A program made the position numbers and the translations under genes. Positions 59,645 through 64,000 of a stretch of DNA of 64,000 nt are shown here, in pieces (the first letter of the stretch is position 1; every line of letters begins with the position of its first letter). This stretch comes from Candidatus Eiseniibacteriota bacterium. Its GTDB lineage: Bacteria > Eisenbacteria > RBG-16-71-46 > CAZEPH01. Below the pieces are notes generated by a model. That model was not told the origin of the DNA and made no database searches. It saw nothing but the letters and a program-made list of their open reading frames with translations. The stretch lies in contig JBGATO010000010.1 in NCBI GenBank assembly GCA_044229145.1, positions 10,022-74,021 on the forward strand, read 5' to 3'.

Positions 59645-60094
59645 TCAGCGGACTCTCTCGGAGGAGGGCGCAATTGGGGGATCGCACCGGAGCCACGGCC
59701 GCAGCCGCGCCACCGTGGCCGGGCCGATCCCCCGGACGCGGGTGAGGTCCTGGATACTGCGGAAGCGGCCGCCGCGCCGGCGTTCCTCGAGGATGGCGGC
59801 GGCCTTCTTCGCACCGATTCCGGGCAGCGCACACCAGGCGGCAGCGTCCGCGCGATTGATGTCGACGCACGGCTGCGAGGGAGCGGCGGCCGCGGGCGTA
59901 CGGTGCGCCGCGCGAGGCGGATGCGGCGCTGCGGCTGCAGGCGCAGGGCGCGCCTCCGCCGACTCGATGTGGGGTGCGTGCCGCACGACGTCGGGAAGCA
60001 GTCCGGGCCAGCGCCGCTGCGCCGCCGTCAACATCTGCCCCACCAACAAGAACACGAGAACCAGGCGCAGACCGCGCCGCTCCGCCTCCGTCAT
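59645..60094 (-). CDS. comEA: ComEA-family helix-hairpin-helix DNA-binding protein
   Basis: TM, Ala/Pro linker, VDINRA...LPGIGAKKAAAI...DLTRVRGIGP. Confidence 0.88.
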   Translation of the reverse strand: MTEAERRGLRLVLVFLLVGQMLTAAQRRWPGLLPDVVRHAPHIESAEARPAPAAAAPHPPRAAHRTPAAAAPSQPCVDINRADAAAWCALPGIGAKKAAAILEERRRGGRFRSIQDLTRVRGIGPATVARLRPWLRCDPPIAPSSERVR

Positions 60095-60206
60095 CCACCC
60101 CTCCCGCCCCGCGGATCGACGAGTGCGCGGAGAGCGGGACCGCACCGCAGCATGCGACCGTCGCCCATCCGCGCACCGTCACCGGGGCCGCACGCGGCGG
60201 CTCCGG

Positions 60207-62081
60207 TCAGTCGCGGAGCGAGAGCAAGAGGCCGGCCAACAGCCGGGGCGTCGTCGAGAACGGGGCAGACGCCGGCCCGACAGCCCGGCCGGCGAGGTTT
60301 TCCCCGCGGATAACACACCACGCGCCTTGCAGATGGAGCGCCAGGGCGGCGTCCCAGACCGCCGTCGCGGGAACTGCGTTCGCAGCCACGACGCTCGGCG
60401 TCCGCGACGCCAGGACCAGCGCGGTGGATGCGGCACAGTCGACGCCCAGACACCGCCCGGTCCAGGTGGTGACGGCCGAGCTCGCCCAGCGGGGTGTCTC
60501 CGCCTCCGTCCGGACACTCTCGGGCGACGCGGTCCACGCGGAGCCACATCGGAGCGTCCACGCAGACGTCACGTCGAGGTCCGCCCGCGCCACCGCGCCC
60601 CACAGCTGCACCCGTCCGGTCGCGCGCCGCACCGCAAATTCGGCGTCGAACGGCGGCGCCGCGCGCAGGCCGACCCCGCGGATCCGGGCGTCGAACGCCT
60701 CCACGTGCAGGCCGCCGTGCGTCCCGCGCCAACCCAGCCCGGCGCGCGCCACGCGCCCGTGCTCCACCGGCAACCGCCCGAGCGGAGCGGTGTCGTCGAT
60801 GCGCCGCAGTGGCTCCCACAGGCTCGGCGCCGTCACGACGGGATCGAGCGACACGCGCCACGTCACCGTTCGGCCGCCGTCGAGGGCCGCCACCGGCGCC
60901 ACGAATGCCCGCCCATCGCCCGGCATTGCCATGTGCACGCCGAGCCGCACCTGGCCGGCCGCCCCGAATGTCCGGCGCACGCCGGCTGTCAGGTCACCGC
61001 CGACACGATGACGCGTCGAGTCCGCGAGCACGACCGTCGCGTCGCCCCCCGTGCCGCCGAAGGCGGTGCCGCGATACGTCAGACCCTCACGCCGCACGCC
61101 CCCTTCCGCCCACAGTCCAGCCGCGGTGGCCCCGCGCGCGTCGACGGCGAGCGCGCCGCCACGCAGCGTTTCCGTCCAGGTCAGCGCGTCGAGCGAGCCG
61201 GTGACCGTCGCGCGATCGGCGCTCCACGCGAGCGCGAGCCGGAGCGAGTCGCCGGCGTCGTGCCCGCGCGTCCATGCGATCTCGCCGATGCGCGGATGAC
61301 GCTGCACCACCGTCCCCACGGTGGACGTGCCGAGGCCGTCGGCAACCGTCGCACTGCGTTCGCGGGTCGACGGCAACGAGACCACCGTCACCGACACCCG
61401 GCCGTCGGTGCCCGAGCGACGGCTCACGCGCAGCGCCTCTGCGCGGCCGGAGACGCGTGGGCCACCGCGGTCGCGGCGATCCACATCCACCGCGTTCACC
61501 CAGCCGACCAGCGCCGCGTCACCCAACAGCCGCGCTCCGAGCCCCGCGCGCAGCACGGTGCCACCGTCGCTTGCCATGTCGTATCCCAGCAGGGTGCGCG
61601 CCGGCACGGCGGGACTGAGTCCGACGACGCCACGCGTCGGACTCCCCTCCGCATCGAACCAGCAGGGCCACGCCGGCAAACTCCCGAGATCGGGTGCGTC
61701 CCCCAGCGGATCGCGCCACGCCATGTCCCCGATGCTGAGGCGGCCGGAGCGCGGCGAGGCGCCCCACTCGCGCAGGCCACGCCACCCGCCGGGCACCGGA
61801 GCGGCACTGACTCGCCAGGGCGTGTCGATGGCGATGAGGCCGGCAGCTTCGTCCGGCCGCAGAAGGATCGGATCCGGCGCCACCGCAGCCGTACGCGTGG
61901 AGTCGGCGCTCGCGCGCGAGGAGCCGGAGGAGCGTCCGGTCGCGCTGAGCGGCGGGAAGCTGAGTCGCGGGGGCGTGCGCACGCCGCTCGAATCGCGCGG
62001 AGCCTGCGCGGACGCCGCCACAGAAAGCGCGCACCCCAGCGCGGCGAGCCCGCCGGCTCGGCGCCACATCGCCGCGGTCAC
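60207..62081 (-). CDS. Outer-membrane beta-barrel, TonB-dependent-receptor-like
   Basis: Signal peptide, plug-like segment (LSIGDMAWRDPLGDAPDLGSLP), alternating amphipathic strands, GENL near the C-terminus. Confidence 0.55.
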   Translation of the reverse strand: MTAAMWRRAGGLAALGCALSVAASAQAPRDSSGVRTPPRLSFPPLSATGRSSGSSRASADSTRTAAVAPDPILLRPDEAAGLIAIDTPWRVSAAPVPGGWRGLREWGASPRSGRLSIGDMAWRDPLGDAPDLGSLPAWPCWFDAEGSPTRGVVGLSPAVPARTLLGYDMASDGGTVLRAGLGARLLGDAALVGWVNAVDVDRRDRGGPRVSGRAEALRVSRRSGTDGRVSVTVVSLPSTRERSATVADGLGTSTVGTVVQRHPRIGEIAWTRGHDAGDSLRLALAWSADRATVTGSLDALTWTETLRGGALAVDARGATAAGLWAEGGVRREGLTYRGTAFGGTGGDATVVLADSTRHRVGGDLTAGVRRTFGAAGQVRLGVHMAMPGDGRAFVAPVAALDGGRTVTWRVSLDPVVTAPSLWEPLRRIDDTAPLGRLPVEHGRVARAGLGWRGTHGGLHVEAFDARIRGVGLRAAPPFDAEFAVRRATGRVQLWGAVARADLDVTSAWTLRCGSAWTASPESVRTEAETPRWASSAVTTWTGRCLGVDCAASTALVLASRTPSVVAANAVPATAVWDAALALHLQGAWCVIRGENLAGRAVGPASAPFSTTPRLLAGLLLSLRD

Positions 62082-62650
62082 CGCTCCCTCCGCGCTGGCG
62101 CGCCGGAGAATCGCGCATGCACGGCTTCCACCACCGCCGGCACCGCAAGCGCGAACAACACCGCGTTGCTTGCCACGTGCACCAGATAGAACGGCACACC
62201 GGCCAGCATGTACGCCCAGGTGAGGCGCGCAATCGCCGCGTACGCGCCATCGGTGGCGACGTGGAAGATCAACGTCGCGAGCACGCCCGCCGCGCCGCAC
62301 AGCGCCAGGCGCATCGCGCGCCGGCGCGGCCACGGCAGTGCGCCGAGCGCCCCGCCCATCGCACCGGCCATCGCCATCCCAAGGACTTGTCCCACCAACA
62401 ATGGCAACGGCGCGGGCCCGAGCGGATTGCCGAGCGAGAACACCGCCTCGGCCAACCCGCCCACACACGCGCCGAGGAGCGGTCCGTAGAGCACGCCGCT
62501 CAGACAGACGATGAGCGTGACCAGTTCCACGTTCGGAATGCCCGCGAGGGCGAAGCCCGCCGCCGCCGCCACCGCGGCGAGCACACCGCCATACGCCACC
62601 CGCTCGACCGGGCGCAGCGTGGCGCGCAGGCGAGCGCGGGCGACCGCCAT
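62078..62650 (-). CDS. ECF transporter S component, CbrT (cobalamin)-like
   Basis: About 6 TMs; GIPNVELVT resembles the CbrT IPNV-x-x-VT motif; HVASNAVLF. Confidence 0.7.
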   Translation of the reverse strand: MAVARARLRATLRPVERVAYGGVLAAVAAAAGFALAGIPNVELVTLIVCLSGVLYGPLLGACVGGLAEAVFSLGNPLGPAPLPLLVGQVLGMAMAGAMGGALGALPWPRRRAMRLALCGAAGVLATLIFHVATDGAYAAIARLTWAYMLAGVPFYLVHVASNAVLFALAVPAVVEAVHARFSGAPARRER

Positions 62651-63560
62651 CAGATGCTGAGCGGAATCGTCTGACGCGGCTGTCCGGCGGCCACGGCCTT
62701 CACCGCCTCGAACAGACTCGCCGGCACCTGGCACATGCCGATCGCGTAGGTCGGCGTGCGCTTGCCGTGGAAGTCCGACCCGCCGGTGACCAAGAGCCCG
62801 TGCTTCTTCGCCATCGCGAAGTATTTCATGCGCGCGGCGCCGTCCTGACGCGGGTGCAGCACCTCGAGGCCGTCGAGTCCCGCCTCGATCATGCCGGGAA
62901 TCATCTCGTCGTGGCCGAGCGTGTGCGGGTGCGCGAGCACCGCGACGCCGCCCACGTCGTGCGCCATCTGGATGGCCTCGGCCGCGAGCAGCGTCGTCTT
63001 CGGCACGTAGCACGGGCCACGCGCGCCGATCCAGCGCTGGAACGCTTCCTCGAGATCCTTCACGTGGCCGAACTTGAGCAGTGCTTCGGCGACGTGCGGA
63101 CGGCCGACCGCCGCGTCGCCCGCGATTTCCTTGACCGCGTCGAACGGAATGTCGACGCCAACGGTGCGCAGCTTGTCGAGCATGACCTTGGCGCGTTCGG
63201 TGCGGCCCATGACGAAGCGCTTCAACTCCGCGGTGAACTCCTGGTTCGTCTCGTCGACGTTGTACGCGAGGATGTGGATGTCCGCGTTGCCGTCGGTGGC
63301 CGAGAGTTCCACGCCCGCCGACACGTCGATGCCGCTGTCGGCGAGCAACCCGCGCAGTTCGGCGACGCCCTTCAGCGTGTCGTGGTCGGTGAGCGCGACG
63401 GCGGTGACGCCGGACTCGCGAATGCGCTCGGCGAGTTCGCCCGCTGTCCGGCGAGCAACCTGCGCAGTGTTCGGCGACGCCTTCAGCGTCAACAGCAGCG
63501 CAGCAGGCCATCGGCGAGTTCGCGTGGCCATGTGCATGCATGTCGACGAACGGTCAGCAT
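62650..63560 (-). CDS. PHP-domain protein (5' end scrambled)
   Basis: ALTDHDT, GVELS, HILAY, GRPHVA, LAHP, GLEV, GGSDFHG. The DMHAH motif lies in another frame near 63545. Confidence 0.88.
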
Positions 63561-63668
63561 TGTGGACTCACGTGTGGTGATCTCCCGTCGATGAGGTCGG
63601 TCACGCGGACGCCGGGACGCGATCGCGGCGAACTGGCGCCCTTGGGACCGCGGCTCGCTGGCCGGGCA

Positions 63669-64000
63669 TCAGGCGCGGCTGCCTCGGTTTCGAGCAGCGG
63701 CGCAGGCAGCGTCGAGCCGCGAGCGCACCTCGCCCGCCTCGAAACCGCTCAAGTTGGTCAACACGTTGAGACGCGCGCCGCGGGAACGCCGCGATTCGAC
63801 CAGTAGCGCGACGCCGCCATCGCTCGCCGCGCTTGCCAAGCCGCGTTCGAACACCGCGAGGCCGAGTCGTCCGGTCTCGAGCGACAGCGCCATCACCTCG
63901 AGCGGCACCAGTGGCGCAGTTGCAGCGGCGAGTTGGCCGGCCTTCGTCTTGTCGAGTTCCGGCGTGCTTTCGGCGAGCTTGTTCGAGGCCACGAGGGCGC
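63669..64000 (-). CDS. Formiminotransferase-cyclodeaminase family, C-terminal part (partial)
   Basis: VPLEVM...SDGGVA...GARLNVLTNL pattern of the cyclodeaminase domain. Confidence 0.7.
   Translation of the reverse strand, partial: ALVASNKLAESTPELDKTKAGQLAAATAPLVPLEVMALSLETGRLGLAVFERGLASAASDGGVALLVESRRSRGARLNVLTNLSGFEAGEVRSRLDAACAAARNRGSRA

Noticed and set aside
1-64000. tRNA, rRNA, CRISPR arrays, IS elements or prophage
   Set aside because: No cloverleaf, rRNA signature, repeat-spacer array, transposase, integrase or phage gene was recognised.

Overview
High-GC bacterial chromosomal window, almost all genes on the minus strand. Gene content (lnt, lolCE/lolD, secretin, outer-membrane barrel) indicates a diderm. 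An FCB-adjacent lineage such as Gemmatimonadota or Eisenbacteria-like is a guess from gene style only. Left part (1-38.8 kb): housekeeping genes lolD/lolE, lysS, purF-purS-like-purQ-purL-purB, htrA, transaldolase, truA, ecfT, lnt, purM, pfkB, argS, rsfS, polyprenyl synthase, cca, dnaJ-like, dprA, obgE, aspC, pta, coaD, rsmD, aroK, aroC. Right part (39-59.5 kb): a contiguous type IVa pilus locus with pilB-T-C-S-R, two near-identical sigma54-driven major pilins, an ABC/accessory trio, minor pilins and pilMNOPQ. This is followed by comEA, a TonB-receptor-like barrel, an ECF S component, a PHP protein and a partial cyclodeaminase. The top candidate for a new system is at 16.7-20.9 kb: an ORF missing from the track encodes a 24-aa hydrophobic peptide (MDLVYALLATLLSAVSLDKYGWGG) with a strong RBS, directly upstream of a multi-TM HD-GYP phosphodiesterase. 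It has its own promoter and palindromic operator and is preceded by a stand-alone LeuA-regulatory-domain-like protein and a secreted repeat protein, suggesting a possible peptide signal to cyclic-dinucleotide module. Second is a PilW-type minor pilin fused through a Gly linker to an FG-GAP/integrin-like beta-propeller in a locus with no pilY1. Several frameshifts in essential genes point to long-read indel errors. No rRNA, tRNA, CRISPR array or mobile element was seen.
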